The notes: a model not told the origin generated them from the letters alone. A DNA stretch of 64,000 nt from the human T2T-CHM13v2.0 reference genome, Homo sapiens (GCF_009914755.1 NC_060936.1); one strand, 5' to 3'. Positions 1 through 14,744 are shown, numbered from the stretch's first letter. Numbers and translations are program-made.

Positions 1-164
1 CTACAGGTGTGTGCCACCATGCCTGGCTAATTTTTTGTATTTTTAGTAGATACGGGGTTTCACCATCTTGGCCAGGCTGGTGTTGATCTCCTGACCTCAA
101 GTGATCTGCCTACCTCAGCCTCCCAAAGTGCTGGGATTATAGGCATGAGCCACTGCACCCAGCC
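1..164 (-). mobile_element. Alu (partial, cut by window edge)
   Basis: Reverse-complement Alu left arm (ctcctgacctcaagtgatc...cccaaagtgctgggattataggcatgagccac). Confidence 0.95.
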
Positions 165-285
165 ATCATTCCATTTTATAAATGAGAAAGCTCAGGTAAG
201 TGACTGGATCAGGGTCATACAAGTATAAGAGCCAATCTGGGATTAGAAACCTTGTCTGCCTAACTTCAAGGCCAATGTTCTTGAC
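165..285. mobile_element. MIR fragment
   Basis: cattttataaatgagaaagctcagg...gtgact...ggtcatac MIR core-like motif. Confidence 0.6.
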
Positions 286-381
286 TATTACATGACTCCC
301 AGTTAGCCTGTACTCCTGAGCTTGCCCTGGCAGCTCCTGAAAGACCAGTTTTGCATGTCTCTAAAAACTCTTCTATGTAGA

Positions 382-884
<503 letters not shown>

Positions 885-1105
885 CTTTGATGGCTTTGAG
901 TTGTACGGACCTTTGCTCTTGGTCTTTGGCATCCAACTACCAATGTTCTAGTCAGGACCACGTGCATCCTTGAATATTATGGCTAATTGAGGATTTTAAC
1001 CTGTAACACTAACTCAACCATTTCTGGGGGGAAGACATGCCTATAAAACCTGACGTTTCATGACTCACAAAAATAGAAGCAAAGTCATATTAAATAAATG
1101 CACTG

Positions 1106-1420
1106 GGCCGGGTGCAGTGGCTCACGCCTGTAATCCCAGCACTTCGGGAGGCTGAGGCGGGTGGATCACCTGAGGTCTGGAGTTTGAGACCAACCTGACC
1201 AACATGGAGAAACCCTGTCTCTACTAAAAATACAAAATTAGCCAGGCGTGATGGCGCATGCCAGTAATTCCAGCTATTGGGGAGGTTGAGGCAGGAGAAT
1301 CGCTTGAACTCAGGAGGCAGAGGTGATGAGCCAAGCAAGATTGGGCCATTGCACTCCAGTCTGGGCAACAAGAGCAAAACTCTGTCTAGAAAAAAAAAAA
1401 AGAAGAAGAAGAAGAAGAAA
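1106..1420 (+). mobile_element. AluS
   Basis: Full dimer, A/(GAA)n tail, TSD-like aaatgca. Confidence 0.95.
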
Positions 1421-3227
1421 TGCAGCAATTTTGTATGCATTTTCCTCTTTTACCTCTAACTAATAGTTAGCATAGTTTTAGGTTTATGTGAAAAATGTCG
1501 GTTGTAAGCCAGTGACCATATGATAGAAGCTGAAGTTGACAGAAGCCAGATCTTCTTCAACACAGTATTTCTTAAACTAGGGTCTGTATGTTCTACCAGG
1601 ATTTTAAAATATAGTATGTATTTTTCGCGGTAATCTTAAAATACTTCATCAGTTATAAAGAGAAAGATAAAACTTCTCTTTGTGCATGATTATTTGCCAT
1701 TCACAGCCATTTAGCAAAATGGCTTTTGTTTCTTATGGCAAATAAATTCTTTGGTTGGGGAGGAGGATAATTTTTTTTCCTTTAAAATGAGTGCGTATGT
1801 GTGTTATGGTTGAGAAATCCTGCTCCATCCCTTAGAATCTGATCACTTTTTAAGATATTCACCATTCCATATTCTTTCCAGATTTTTTACAGATTTTTTT
1901 CAGTTTTATTCAGCTTCTATTGTTTTCGTACAAACGGGAAAACTCGTGACGACACCCAGCTCTCACTATGTGACAGGCCACTGAGAGCAGGATAAACTGG
2001 CAATCTGTAATCTTCCAACCAATTTCACGTGGTTCACCAGAGCAGGATTTGCAGGAATAGTATTTCCTAGCTGCTAATGACCAACTTCATTATCACGCTG
2101 CCCTGAGCTGACATTTTGCCTTTGGCTTATAATGGCAGTCATTAGATTCTAGAAAATTCCCTTTCTGTCCTTTTTCTAAATTTGATTCCTCCAGAATCAG
2201 AGAGAATACAAATCCTCCCAAGCTTTGTGTATACCAAGTGGATGCCTGGTGAAATAAGAACCCACATCACCTCAGCGCCTGGGCACAGCCCCTGATTCCA
2301 CTGGAAGAAGTCAAACTCCAGATGGACGCTGCTGTGCAAGCACACGGGTGTCGCATGCTTGGAGTTTTCCGTAGGAAATTAACTAAATAACGCCAACATT
2401 CTTTCCCTTCTCTCCTTTCCACTCTTCACTTGCTTCTATAATGAAGCAGCTTTAACTCAGCCCTTTAGCTCTCTCACGGGGGCAAAAGTGTTTGACAATT
2501 TCATTCTCCTGTGACCTTTGGATCAAAAAGAAAAGTCTTTTCTCTCTTTCACTTGTTTATTCCAAAAAGTGCTTCTCATCAAGGCTATTGAATTTCACTG
2601 AAGACGCAACTTTCTGAAACAAGATGTCCTGAAAATGCTAGTTCAAAGATGCATCCCTTAAAAACAGCAAAAGTGGCACTTTAAAAAGAACCCAATCACA
2701 TTATGAGTGGATCCGATTCTGTATTCAACAAAATTATTGTGGCATAGTTAAATAGCAGGTTGCTAATGCTGTAGACATAAAATCATCCAATGAATCAAAA
2801 TGAGGGTCAGATCTTCCCCATGTGGTCATTCGCTTGTTTAATGTCTGTGTTCTTTCTTCATAATGAACCCAGTAATGGAATGTTTAAGTAGAAATGTTCA
2901 GTAGCAATTTTAAAATATTGATGGAGTGCATCATAGGTGCACAGCAGTTACCACCCACTTTAGAGGCAAAGATGTCAATAAATGCATGGCCTATAATGTA
3001 TAAAGCTCTGTGATACATAGGTGATGTGGGGTATAAATAGGGGATACCTGGCCTCAGAGAGTTTGTAATCTAGAGGGAAAGAGAAACAAGTATAGAAATA
3101 ACTAGATCACAGACAATTACCCATGTAATGTATATTTCCTGAACATCGCCCACGGGCCAGGCACATTGCTAAGACAGGGGAGACACTAAATTTCTTCCTT
3201 CAACAAATATTTATTGAGCATCTACTA

Positions 3228-3563
3228 CCATCATCCCTGGTTATCTGTGGGGGGATTGATCTCAGGACCACCCACGGATACCAAAATCCATACAGCTCAA
3301 GTCTCTAATATAAAATAATGTAGTATTTGCATATGACATACATGCTTCCTCCCATATACTTTAAATCATCTCTAGATTACTTATAATACCTAATACAATG
3401 TAAATGCTATGTAAATAGTTGTTATAACGTATTGTTTAGAGAATAATGATATGAAAAAAATCAGTACATGTTTGGTACAGATGCATTTTTTTTCCAAATA
3501 TTTTTGGTCTGCAATTGGTTGAATCCATGGATGTGGAACCTATGGATATGGAGAGCTGACTGT
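3228..3563 (+). mobile_element. MER2 (Tigger-derived MITE)
   Basis: catccctggttatctgtggggg...ggataccaaaatcc...tagattacttataatacc...gagctgactgta. Confidence 0.8.
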
Positions 3564-3768
3564 ATATGCCAGTTACTGTTGCTGAAGCTGTGGATATAGC
3601 AGTGAACAAAACAAAGTCCCTGCTCTCCTGGAGATTATGTTCTATTATGTTTGACTGGGGAGATGGAAAATAAAGAAACAAATAAAATTAAGCAAACATA
3701 GTTTCAGGTAGCAGTAAGTGCTATGAAGAAAATAGAATGGGGAAAGTGGATTAAGAGTGACAGAGTAA

Positions 3769-4071
<303 letters not shown>

Positions 4072-5113
4072 CTACTTTAGCTGGGTGGTCAGGAAAGGCA
4101 TCTCTGGGAAGACTTTTGAGCAGAGAGCTGGTGGAGGGAGAGAGAGGGCTGTGCAGCTCTGTTAGGTATAGAGAATTGTGAATGCAAAGGCCCTGCGGTG
4201 AGAAGGAGCTCGTGTTTGTGAAAGAGAAAGGAGGACAGTGTGGAGAGTGAGCCAGGGGAAAGAGGAACTGGAGAGGAGCCAGAGGCCAGATCATGTGAGG
4301 CTTTGAAGGCTGTGGGAAGGATTTTGATGTTGTTCTGAGTATGACAGGAGGGCGGTGAAGGGTCTTGAGCAGGAGAATGATGATGTCTGACTTCTGTCAC
4401 CTAAATACTTGCATATGTGTGAAGTGACATATGTACAAGAGTTTTTGTTTGCTTTTAAATTGCAGCATTGTTTGTAATAGCAAAAGAATGAAAACAACTT
4501 AAATACCCACCCCTAGAGGGCTAGTTAAATAAAACGATGGCACATCCCAGCCATGGAATATTATATAGCCATAAAAAGGATGAGAGGAACTTTATGCACT
4601 GGTAAGGAATGATCCCCAAGATATATTGTCAACTGAATAAGGTGAGGTTCAAAAATAGCGTGTCTATTGTGCTGTTTGTAGCAAAGTGAAAAAAATATGA
4701 ATGTGTATGAACAAAATATTTCTGGGAACTGCTAACACTGGAATCCTCTGGGGAAGGAAATTGGATAGATGAAGGATGTAAGTGGGAATGGCACTTTTCA
4801 CTGGATATTCTTGTACCTTTAAAATTTAAAATAATATGACAGAGCCCTTTGCTTGTGTGAGGCATCTATGACCTGAATGTGATTCTAGAATTACTTTAGA
4901 ACCAGAAGACCACAGCACTTTCAGACCAATCCTTCAATCAAAGACCTTCCCAACTATTAAAAGGTGGTTGAAGAGGTGCCCTTGAACTGAGTATTTCTCC
5001 CAGGGAGGAAACGCCTCACTCCATTGCTGAATTCATCTTTCCAAAGTCCACTTGCCAAACCCTTTCACTTGTTCCACACTGTTCACCAAAAAGTGTCAAC
5101 TCCTTTTCCTGCC

Positions 5114-5632
5114 TGTATTAGTCAGGGTTCTCCATATAGATAAATAGATATTATAGGGAATAAACTCACAGGATTATAGAGGCTGACAAGTCCAAAGATC
5201 TGCAGGATGAGTCGGCAAGCTGGAGACCCAGGAAAACTGATTGTGCAGTTCCAGTCTGAGCTCAAAGGCCAGAGAACCAGGAGAACTGATGGTGCTCTCT
5301 AGAAGACTGGTTCACTTGAGACCCAGGAAGAGAGGACATTTCGATTCAAGTCCAAAGGCAGGAAAAAGCTAATGTCCCAGTTCAAAGGCAATCAGGCAAT
5401 AGGAATTCTTTCCTACTCGGGAGGGGGTCAGCCTTTTTGTTCTATTCAGTCTGTCAAGTGATTGGATTAGGCCCATCCACATTAGGGAGAGCAAGCTCCT
5501 TTACTCAGTACACTGATTTACATATTAATCTCATCCAAAAAGACCCTCACAGAAACACCCAGAATAATGTTTGGCCAAATATCTGGGCGCTCCATGGCCC
5601 AGTAAATTTGACACATAAAATTGATCATCACA
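5114..5632 (-). mobile_element. MLT2 (ERVL) solo LTR
   Basis: TG...CA ends (tgtattagtcagggttctcc ... aaattgatcatcaca), perfect 5-bp TSD ctgcc. Confidence 0.85.
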
Positions 5633-5723
5633 CTGCCACTGAGGGGCACTCAGCCTCTTTTTCCAGCCCTACCTCTCAATTGCCTCTCTACACACTCTAC
5701 ACACCAGCCACACTGGACCCCTA

Positions 5724-6001
5724 CTTCTTTCTTTCTTTTTGTTTTTGTTTTTTGAGACAGAGTCTCGCTCTGTCGCTCTGTAACCTCCACCTCCTGGGTG
5801 CAAGCGATTCTCCTGTCTCAGCCTCCTGAGTAGCTGGGACTACAGGGGGCGCTACCACGTCCAGCTAATTTTTTTGTATTTTTAGTAGAGACAGGGTTTC
5901 ACCATGTTAGCCAGGATGGTCTCGATCTCCTGACCTCATGATCCACCAGCCTTGGCCTCCCAAAGTGCTGGGATTACAGGCGTGGGCCACCGCACCTGGC
6001 C
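5724..6001 (-). mobile_element. Alu (S/Y-like) with small internal deletion
   Basis: Reverse Alu; ctgtcgct|ctgtaacctcc junction lacks part of the right arm. Confidence 0.92.
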
Positions 6002-6726
6002 ACCCCTAGTGCTTTCTAATCATGCCTGGCTTCTCCCACCTCCCTGCTTTGGTCTAGATGGGTCCCTGCTTCATCTTTTCCTGTCCAATTCCTGGCTGCT
6101 CATTGAGGGCCACTCAATACCACCTCCTCCAACTGGTGTCTCCTCCTTTCCTCTCTTCCTTTCCTCGCTGTGAGGTTATCTCACCTCTTTGTCCCTCCTT
6201 TGTTTATGTCTCTCTTGGGCATTTAACATACTTCCCTCCTACAATCATTATTTATATGTTTATCATTGAAGTAGATGTTTAGTTAGAACAACTTTTCTTC
6301 ACCCTCTACTCTTCTGGGACAAGTTGCAGGAATTCACTAAGGAACTGCTGGAAGGATGGAATCCCTTGGGAAGTTCTCTTATAGGAACAAATTGCCTTGA
6401 CACTGTTTTTTTTTTTTTTTTTTTTTTTTTGCTGGCTCTTACTTCCTTGTCCGGAAAGTGAAGATGATAATAGTATCTACCTCAAAAGCTTGTTGTGAAG
6501 ATTAAATGAGATGATGCATTCAAAGCACCTAACACAGGATGTGGTGAAGAGTAAACCCCCCTAAAAGGCAGCTATTATGGCCAATGGGGAGAACCTCCCT
6601 CAGAAACATAAATTCACAACCACCAGCATCCTGAGGGGTGTTTCTCACAGGAAGGTGGAGCAGACAGCTATAGTGCAATTCACTAGAAAGGGTGTGAATT
6701 GGGAAATGTACTCTGTTTAAGATTTA

Positions 6727-7037
<311 letters not shown>

Positions 7038-7330
7038 GATTTAAAAGGAACCGGTCTGATCCTTCTGTATTTCCCAGAAAGGAGCAAGTGGTTCTGGATA
7101 TGAAAGGACAGTGCTTGAATGATTCTGATAAAACCCTCCGGCGGCAGGTGCAGGGTGGGTAGAGGGAGTAGGAAAGGGCAGTGCAAGAGTCAGAAGGAGC
7201 TGAGACCCCTGGGAGGCTGAGGCATCCGTGGTCCAGCTTAGCTGAGGGGAGGAGAAGGAAGTTGAGCCAGCATCCCACAGAGGACCCTGGCAGCCTTCTG
7301 TCCTGAGAGCTAAGCTGGGCCATGGAGGCA

Positions 7331-7875
7331 TGAAACCGTCCTCACAGGGCTAGTAGGAATTACATGCTGGTTCTGGGCAGAAATACAGTTATAATTAAAC
7401 TATAATCAGTGGGCACTTGGGCGCCTTTCTTGTATCTGAAAGTCATAGCATAGGTACTGACCATTTGCATCCCCATTGTTTCTATCGATAGGATTTCTGA
7501 CATTAGGGTCATAAGCCTTTTTGTTTAGGAATTGTTTGAGATGTTCTTCAGATCCTGAATTCCAGCAGAATGGCTGATGCCAACCAGTTTAAAGATCCCC
7601 ACAGAGGAATCGAATCAGCATGAGGATGCAGTTTCTTCATCTCCCTGTCCCATGACTTCACCCTGCACTCTATGACTAATCAATTATCTCCACACCTCAG
7701 CCCACTCCAAACCCCTTAAACTCTCTAGACCCAAACTCCTCAGGGAGGTGGATTTGAGGTTTCCTCCCATCTCCTCATTTGGTTGCCTTACAATTATTAA
7801 ACTCTTTCTCTGCTGCAATCCCTGTTGCCTAAGTATACTGACCTGCTGTGTGTGCATCAGACAAACCTATCACAG
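7331..7875 (+). mobile_element. ERV1-class solo LTR (LTR8/LTR26-like)
   Basis: Starts tgaaaccgtcctcacaggg; ERV1-LTR style body with attaaactctttctctgctgcaa polyA-signal region; subfamily uncertain. Confidence 0.65.
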
Positions 7876-7924
7876 CAGCACTCTGGAGTGGGCTGAAGGA
7901 CTCAAGCAGACCCTCCTCCCCCAA

Positions 7925-9185
7925 TTTTATTTATTTATATTTTTCACTTTATTTTAATAAACATTACTAAAGTATAGCACTCATGAAGAAAAATGCAAAA
8001 GTCAAAATGTAACATTCAATGAATTTTTACAACGTGAATCCACCCATGTAGCCACCACCTAGGTCAAGAAATAAAATATTACAACAACCCAGAACTCTTT
8101 GCTCATTCCCAGTCATGAGTCCCCACCCATATCCTAAGCAGTAACTGCTAGCCTGACTTCTAAAAACTTAGATTAGTTTTGCCTTTCTTCATCTAAATAG
8201 AATCATAAAGTATGTACACTTTTGTGTCTGGCTTTGTTTTTTTGCTCAAGTAATTTTCATGAGATTTATTCATTTACTACATGTAAGATTATTTCACTCA
8301 TTCTCATTGCTGAATATAATTTCATTGTATCCATAGGTCACAATTTATCTGCCCATTCTACTGTTGATGGACATTTGGGTTGTTTCTGGTTTTGGGCGGT
8401 TACGAATAATACTGCTATGAGTATTCTATTTTTTTATTATTATTATTCTACTTTAAGTTTTAGGATACATGTGCACAACGTGCAGGTTTGTTACATATGT
8501 ATACATGTGCCACGTTGGTGTGCTGCACCCATTAACTCATCATTTAGCATTAGGTATATCTCCTAATGCTATCCCTCCCCCTCCCCCCACCCCACAACAG
8601 GCCCCGGTGTGTGATGTTCCCCTTCCTGTGTCCATGTGTTCTCATTGTTCAATTCCCACCTATGAGTGAGAACACGTGGTGTTTGGTTTTTTGTTCTTGC
8701 GATAGTTTGCTGAGAATGATGGTTTCCAGCTTCATCCATGTCCCTACAAAGGACATGAACTCCTCATTTTTTATGGCTGCATAGTATTCCATGGTGTATG
8801 TGTGCCACATTTTCTTAATCCAGTCTATCGTTGGACATTTGGGTTGGTTCCAAGTCTTTGCTATTGTGAATAGTGCTGCAATAAACATACATGTGCATGT
8901 GTCTTTTTCGCAGCATGATTTATAATCCTTTATGAGCATTCTAGTACATATCTTTTGATTTCCACTTGTTTGTATTTCCATCAGGTAAATGCTAATAAAT
9001 TAAATTACTGGGACTTAAAGTGTGCACATATTTAGTTTTAATAGTAAAGTGATTGTGCCAATTTACACTTCCACAAAGAGTATATGAGTGTATATCCATT
9101 TCACCTAATTCCTTTACATCATTGGCAATGCTTGATGTGGAAAGGTTTCTTAATTCTAGCCATCATATTGAGGCATGCTAGGATG
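7925..9185 (-). mobile_element. Old L1M 3' remnant
   Basis: gatggacatttgggttgtttc, atttacacttccac motifs; interrupted by the younger L1PA. Confidence 0.7.
8429..8930 (-). mobile_element. 5'-truncated L1PA (3' end)
   Basis: L1 3'UTR and ORF2 C-terminus (WMKLETIILSKL...HVFSLIGGN); TSD tatgag(t/c)attcta at 8416-8428 and 8931-8943. Confidence 0.93.
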
Positions 9186-9194
9186 ACCAGCTCT

Positions 9195-9508
9195 TTTTTT
9201 TGGTTTCTTGTTTTTTTTTTTTTGGAGGGGGAGTCTCTCACTCTGTCGCCCAGGATGGAGTACAGTGGTGTGATCTCGAGCTCACTGCAACCTCTGTCTC
9301 CTGAGTTCAAGTGATTCTCCTGCCTTGGCTTCCCGAGCAACTGGGATTACAGGCACCTGCCAACACGCCCAGCTAATTTTTGTATTTTTAGTAGAGATGG
9401 GGTTTCACCATGTTGGCCAGGCTTGTCTTGAACTCCTGACTTCAAATGATTCACCCACCTCAGCCTCCCAAAGTGCTGGGATTACAGGCATGAGCCACCA
9501 TGTCTGGC
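9195..9508 (-). mobile_element. AluS
   Basis: Reverse dimer; TSD gaccag(c/g)tct. Confidence 0.93.
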
Positions 9509-9659
9509 AGACCAGGTCTTAATAGTGCCTCAATTTGGCAGTGGAAGGCAATGGCAAGAATAGGTCTGATACATTGCTTTTGTGATCTCCAAAGTGAGAC
9601 GTTCTTGCCCAAGAGGACCCAGCATGAAATAAGGGGTGAGAGGAGAAAATAGAACATCT

Positions 9660-10110
9660 ATTTATATGTATTTTTAAAACAGCTTTATCGAGCTATAATT
9701 CACATACCATACAATTCACCCATTTAATGTGTACAATTCAATGGTTTTTAGTATATTCACAAATATGTGCAACCATTACCAAAGGCAATTTTAGAATATT
9801 TTCTTCATCTCACAAAGAAAACTTTTACTCTGTAGCTATTGCCCCCTCCTCATCACCCAGTATCCCCATCCACCTAAGCAATCACTATTCTACTTTCTGT
9901 CTCTATAGTTTCCCCTGTTTTGAACTTTCATATGAATAGAATCATATACCACGAGGTCTTTTGTGGCTGGCTTCTTTCAGTTGGCATAATGTTTTTAAGA
10001 TTCATCCTTGTTGTAGAATGTATCAGTACTTTGTTTCTTTCTATGGCCAAATAATATTCTGTTGTTTGAATATACCACTTTTTTTATCCATTTGTTCATT
10101 GATGGACTAT
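9660..10110 (-). mobile_element. L1MB-like 3' end
   Basis: cagctttatcgagctataattcacataccatacaattcacccattt typical of L1MB 3' termini. Confidence 0.75.
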
Positions 10111-10256
10111 ATGTACTTTAATCACTTTAAAATGTTGATATTTTCCATGTTTTATAACAGTACATTGTTACATAATTTAATGTATTTCTGTAAAAGGATT
10201 CATCTGTCTTTCTTTATAAGTCATCTCATTTGTGGTTTATAAATAAATAAATATAA

Positions 10257-10592
<336 letters not shown>

Positions 10593-11114
10593 TTACTGAT
10601 ATGAGTCCATGCTCAATAAAGTTTGAAAATCTCTGCCTTAGAACTAGTGTTCATTCCTTTTGGGTTAAAAGTAGAATTGACTCTATTTTTTGGGATGCTT
10701 AAGCCCTAGAATTGTTTTTTTTATTTCAGATAGTCAAGGTGGAAAAGGGAACCAAAAGGGTGGGTATTCCTTCTAATGTGGCAGATGAGTATTCCAGCTC
10801 GTTTAAATTTAATTTAGAAAAATAAAAGAGATATGACCACGTTTTATGTCTCAAAGGTTAAGGAGCTGTTCTTTCTAAAATTATATTATCCACCCTCTAG
10901 GAACCTCTAACAGCAGCCACCATGTTTCCCTCAAATTTTTGTCTTCTCCAAGGGTCTAGCACCCACGTCCAGCCTGTCCTCTCTCTGGGACACCCCTTCT
11001 GCTGTAGATGCATCTGGCAATGCTTGGGGCCAGCGCAGCCTCCCCCAGGGAGAATCTCAGCCAGGGATCCTTTGGTTGCAGGTAACAGGACCTCACTCAC
11101 ACTAGAGTGAGCAC

Positions 11115-11320
11115 AATGGCTCTCCAGGGAAGGGTGATTTTGCTCCACTTCTCACCCTTCCAGGGACATCTGTCATTGTCTGGAGACATTTCTGATTATT
11201 ATAACTGGAGGGTGCTTCTGGCATCTGGTGGGTAGAGGTCAGGGATGCTGCTAGACATCCTACCGTACACAGGACAGTCCCCAACAACAAAGACTTATCC
11301 AGCCCTAAACATCAATTGCG
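11115..11320. mobile_element. MER20-like DNA transposon
   Basis: gtctggagacattt...ctggcatctggtgggtagaggtcagggatgctgct...acaggacagtcccc. Confidence 0.75.
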
Positions 11321-12696
11321 CTTTCTAGCATAAGGAGAAAGAGGGGCTTATCAGGAGGTACCAGAAAAGGACCTAGAATGCTAAGAATCAGTTTATCTGC
11401 TCATTCATTCTCTCTCTCTCTCTTTCTCTCTCCATGTAGTAGCCTGTTTTCTCATCTTTCTGAGAGCGAGTTTTAGTCTTTCCTGTTTACAGACTGGCTG
11501 TTTCTCTAAACAGCAGCGTAAGATGCTGCTCCCAAATTCACATGTCCTTGGTTCAAGTGATCAGTAGAGACTAATGAGTATCTCTACAAAACTCAAAGGA
11601 GAGGGACCATGATACACCCAGCTAGTGACAGCTGTACACCTCTTATTTCATCTGCTAAGGCTGGATGGCAGGATCACTGGCCCACATTGTTGCCAGGTCC
11701 TGTTCCTGCATATCAGAAGGAGCAATTCCTTAGAGAAATGGGATCCCAGATTGAATGAACTGTGTCATAAAACTTACAAGGCTTCCTGGAAATCATTGGC
11801 ACCATTCTTTTCTCCTCCACTAGACCCTGAACCCCCAGGGACTCATCTCTATAGCTTCAAGATCAAAGCACATTGCCTGGCACAGTGTGGGCACTCAAAA
11901 AAGACTCCTTGAAAGAATGAGCATTTATTCATTTGCTTTTACACACACAAATAATAATGAAAGTCCCTATTTACAAACCTCTCAATGAAACATTACAAAA
12001 TAAAACACAGTGAGTTGAGAAAAAAGGAAGAAAAAACAACAGCGAGCATCTTGAGGCATATCCTTGGAAAGAGCATACCTTCACTGAAAGGAGAAAAAAA
12101 CCAAACCTGAAAAGTGCTTGCCTTAGAAAGTGACTGAGTGGAAAATTCTTCCTTCTAAGGCAATTACTGTCAGTCATGGGCAGTACAACTCTACATAGGG
12201 AAACACTGGTGTCAAACCTCATTATAGGAGATGATTTAGAACTTCACTTGGCATTTCCTCCCACATTCTAAAATCAGAATGTCTTCATATTAAAGAAAAA
12301 AAAAAAAGACCACAGAGACCGTGGCCTAGGAGAGAGAGCTTCTGTGTTAGAAGGCCCACCAGCAATCTCCTTGGTTCAGGCTTTACTGTCTGAAACCTGC
12401 TTGTGTAAAAGTTCCCCACGGTGAGGTCAGAACGACCATAAAAGTTAACAATGAAAACAATAGTAAATCACTGTTATGGGCTCAATTTTGCCACACACCC
12501 CATCTCCCAATTCATATGCTGAAGATCTAACCCCCAGCACCTTGGAATGTGCCTGTATTTGGAGACAGTACCTTAAAGAGGTGATTAAGTTAAAATAAGA
12601 CCAGTAGGGTGGGTTCTAATCCTATCTGACTGTGTCCTTACAGGAGGAGGATATTTGGACACATAGAAAGATGCCTTGGACCCACACACACAGAGG

Positions 12697-13375
12697 TGTG
12701 AAAGTTGATCATATAGATTGGGTCATTCTTGTTATACCCAATTAAAACAGAGTTGAAAGACCTGGGAGTAAAAAAGCACTCAGGGCATATAACATTGCCC
12801 CAAGAATGTAATTCTTTGTAAGCCTGATTATTCCTGGCTGCTGAAACTGCCTGTTGTAACCTGAATCCAGTTCTATCTAATAATTCCTGAAACAACTTGC
12901 TGTGACATTAAGACTAGTTTTACCCACCACAGTCACTCAACCAATCAAAACTTGCCAGCTCCCCCAACCAGAATGCCAATGAACTTTCTTTTAAAACAAT
13001 ATGTAACATTTCTCCTTTTTATAAAACTTCAAGCCTGATTATTCCTGGCTGCTGAAACTGCCTGTTGTAACCTGAAACCAGTTCTATCTAATAATTCCTG
13101 AAACAACTTGCTGTGACATTAAGACTAGTTTTACCCACCACAGTCACTCAACCAATCAAAACTTGCCAGCTCCCCCAACCATAATGCCAATGAACTTTCT
13201 TTTAAAACAATATATAACATTTCTCCTTTTTATAAAACTTCCAACCTTCTCTTTGTTCTTTGGACATACTAAAGACCACCCAGTCTGTGTGTATGCCTCA
13301 AGTTGCAATTCTGGCTTCCCAAAGAAAACGTTCTAAATTTAGAGATTTGTCTCTATATTTTATTTGACATTGATA
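12697..13375 (+). mobile_element. ERV1 (MER4-group) solo LTR nested in MLT1
   Basis: tgtgaaag...ttgata ends with 4-bp TSD gagg; CCAAT and TATA-like elements. Confidence 0.7.
12820..13241. repeat. 211-bp tandem duplication
   Basis: 12820-13030 and 13031-13241 align directly with 3 mismatches. Confidence 0.95.
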
Positions 13376-13810
13376 GAGGAAAGGCCACATGAGGACACAG
13401 TGAGATGGTGGCCACCTGCAAGCCAAGGAGACATGCCTTCAGAAGAAACTAAACCTGCTGACACTTTGATCTTGGACTTCCAACCTCCAAAATGGTGAGA
13501 AAATAAAATTCTGTTGTTTAAGCCACCCAGTGTGTGGTGTTTTGTTATGGTGGCCCTTGCAAAGTAATACAATCACTTTCTCTGATGACTCTTCATCTTT
13601 TCAAGTATGAAGACTTTTTGTTTTATTATTTGTTTATCACTGCATGTATATCTACCTCATTGAACCAGCACAGAAACACACAGAAAATCTTAACTCTATA
13701 ACGACTTTAGCAGGCAGCCCCAGAAAGAAGGGCTGGAAAGCCAAGGAATAGATCCCTGATTTTTTTTTTCTAGCAATTTTTCTGAAATTAAACCCTAGAA
13801 GAAAACCTAG

Positions 13811-14744
13811 GCAAAGGAACAAAGCTGGACGGAGAATGACTTTGACGAGTTGAGAGAAGAAGGTTTCAGACGATCAATAACTACTCCGAGCTAAAGGAAG
13901 AAGTTCGAACCCATGGCAAAGATGTTAAAAACCTTGAAAAAAATTAGATGAATGGCTAACTAGAATAACCAATGCAGAGAAGTCCTTAAAGGACTTGATG
14001 GAGCTGAAAACCACAGCACAAGAACTACGTGACAAATGCACAAGCCTCAGTAGCCGATTCGATCAACTGGAAGAAAGGGTATCAGTGATTGAAGATCAAA
14101 TGAATGAAATGAAGTGAGAAGAGAAGTTTAGAGAAAAAAGAATAAAAAGAAATGAACAAAGCCTCCAAGAAATATGAGACTATGTGAAAAGAGCAAATCT
14201 ACATCTGATTGGTGTACCTGAAAGTGACAGGGAGAATGGAACCAAGTTGGAAAACACTCTGCAGGATATTATCCAGGAGAACTTCCCCAATTTAGCAAGG
14301 CAGGCCAACATTCAAATTCAGGAAATACAGAGAATGCCACAAAGATACTCCTTGAGGAGAGCAACTCCAAGACACATAATTGTCAGATTCACCAAAGTTA
14401 AAATGAAGGAAAAAATGTTAAGGGCAGCCAGAGAGAAAGGTCGGGGTACCCACAAAGGGAAGCCCATCAGACTAATAGCTGATCTCTCGGCAGAAACTCT
14501 ACAAGCCAGAAGAGAGTGGGGGCCGATATTCAACATTCTTAAAGAAAAGAATTTTCAACCCAGAATTTCATATCCAGCCAAATTAAGCTTCATAAGTGAA
14601 GGAGAAATAAAATCCTTTACAGACAAGCAAATGCTGAGAGATTTTGTCACCACCAGGCCTGCCCTAAAAGAGCTCCTGAAGGAAGCACTAAACATGGAAA
14701 GGAACAACTGGTACCAGCCACTGCAAAAACATGCCAAATTGTAA
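13811..14744 (+). pseudogene. L1 ORF1p remnant
   Basis: ORF track 14184-14744 (RRATPRHII...YPAKLSF); N-terminus truncated, premature TGA near 14115 and 14175. Confidence 0.92.

Larger units (their letters stand above)
12472..13571 (+). mobile_element. MLT1B-like MaLR LTR split by an ERV1 LTR
   Basis: tgttatgggc ... aagtaataca ends; perfect 5-bp TSD atcac. Confidence 0.85.

Noticed and set aside
1042-1067. TATAAAA, CRE-like and AP-1 (TGACTCA) motifs close together
   Set aside because: Short motifs expected by chance; the next feature downstream is an Alu, with no exon evidence.
1090-1440. Many 60-150 aa ORFs with [12 protein letters not shown]-type peptides across the window
   Set aside because: Alu-derived reading frames, not genes.
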